From: Erysipelotrichaceae bacterium MTC7
GTDB taxonomy: Bacteria; Bacillota_I; Bacilli_A; Erysipelotrichales; Erysipelotrichaceae
Direction of reading: 5' to 3'
NCBI GenBank assembly: GCA_001695645.1
Contig: LVZN01000015.1
Span: 1 to 32,000 of the forward strand
DNA length: 32,000 nt
The notes under the pieces were generated by a model, which was given only the letters and a program-made list of their open reading frames with translations, ran no database searches and was not told the DNA's origin. Of the stretch, positions 31,717 through 32,000 are shown piece by piece; position 1 is the stretch's first letter, and every line of letters starts with the position of its first letter. A program made the translations under genes and the position numbers.

Positions 31717-32000
31717 TTACTTGTTCGTTTGTGACAAATACAATCCAACCAGTGTCAAACACGCACCAAATAATAAGCTTGGAGTCAGTGGTTCTGCTAG
31801 AATCCAAGCGGCAGATAGCAACGTGACCACAGGAACCAGATAAATGTAGACACTACTTCTTATGACGCCAAGCATGGACACAGCATGATTCCAAGCAACA
31901 AAACATAACGCAGAGGCACCCACACTAAGAAAAGCTAAATTTGAAAGCACAAGCGGACTTTGAAAATCTTGCATTTGCACATCGAAGTCCATAAACCAAA
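31717..32000 (-). CDS. DMT/EamA-family transporter, C-terminal part (gene continues past the window edge)
   Basis: Hydrophobic EamA-like C-terminal half (FLSVGASALCFVAWNHAV...VYIYLVPVVTLLSAAWILAEPLT). The reading frame stays open upstream of the first ATG out to position 32000. Confidence 0.7.
   Translation of the reverse strand, partial: WFMDFDVQMQDFQSPLVLSNLAFLSVGASALCFVAWNHAVSMLGVIRSSVYIYLVPVVTLLSAAWILAEPLTPSLLFGACLTLVGLYLSQTNK

Overview
This is a low-GC, Bacillota-type chromosomal segment, and almost every gene is on the minus strand. I found no rRNA, tRNA or CRISPR array. Most of the window is tightly packed carbohydrate operons. (1) 103-4386: a mannose-family PTS operon (IIC-IID-IIA-IIB), followed by a translationally coupled CX5R phosphatase-like gene and a small membrane-anchored protein. 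A PRD/Mga-like regulator is transcribed divergently (4563-6479). (2) 6512-10734: a glv-type alpha-glucoside operon with an RpiR regulator, PTS EIICB, a GH4 6-phospho-alpha-glucosidase and EIIA-Glc. (3) 11025-16867: a LacI regulator followed by the Leloir genes galK-galE-galT-galM. (4) 17044-23419: lacF-lacE-lacG, a HAD hydrolase and a secreted GH53 endo-galactanase in one transcription unit, with a divergent DeoR lacR (23780-24541). Blocks 3 and 4 together look like a PTS-dependent beta-1,4-galactan utilisation locus. The right third holds cysK plus an Rrf2 (CymR-like) regulator, a decayed IS66 relic, two AT-rich orphan genes, an ammonium transporter fused in frame to a P-II (GlnK-like) domain, a MATE exporter and a partial EamA transporter. 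The points most worth a second look are these. First, the Amt-P-II fusion. Second, an 8-codon, well-initiated leader ORF with tandem Cys codons (MCCRKQRQ) upstream of a cysK that has no Cys codon at all. Third, phosphatase-like genes translationally coupled to the ends of two PTS operons, one of them a HAD with a D-x-N motif I next to lacG in a locus with no tagatose-6-P pathway. Fourth, the IS66-flanked orphan gene pair at 26973-28058. I did not recognise any clear defence, toxin or other novel multi-gene system. All functional calls come from reading motifs by eye, with no database search.
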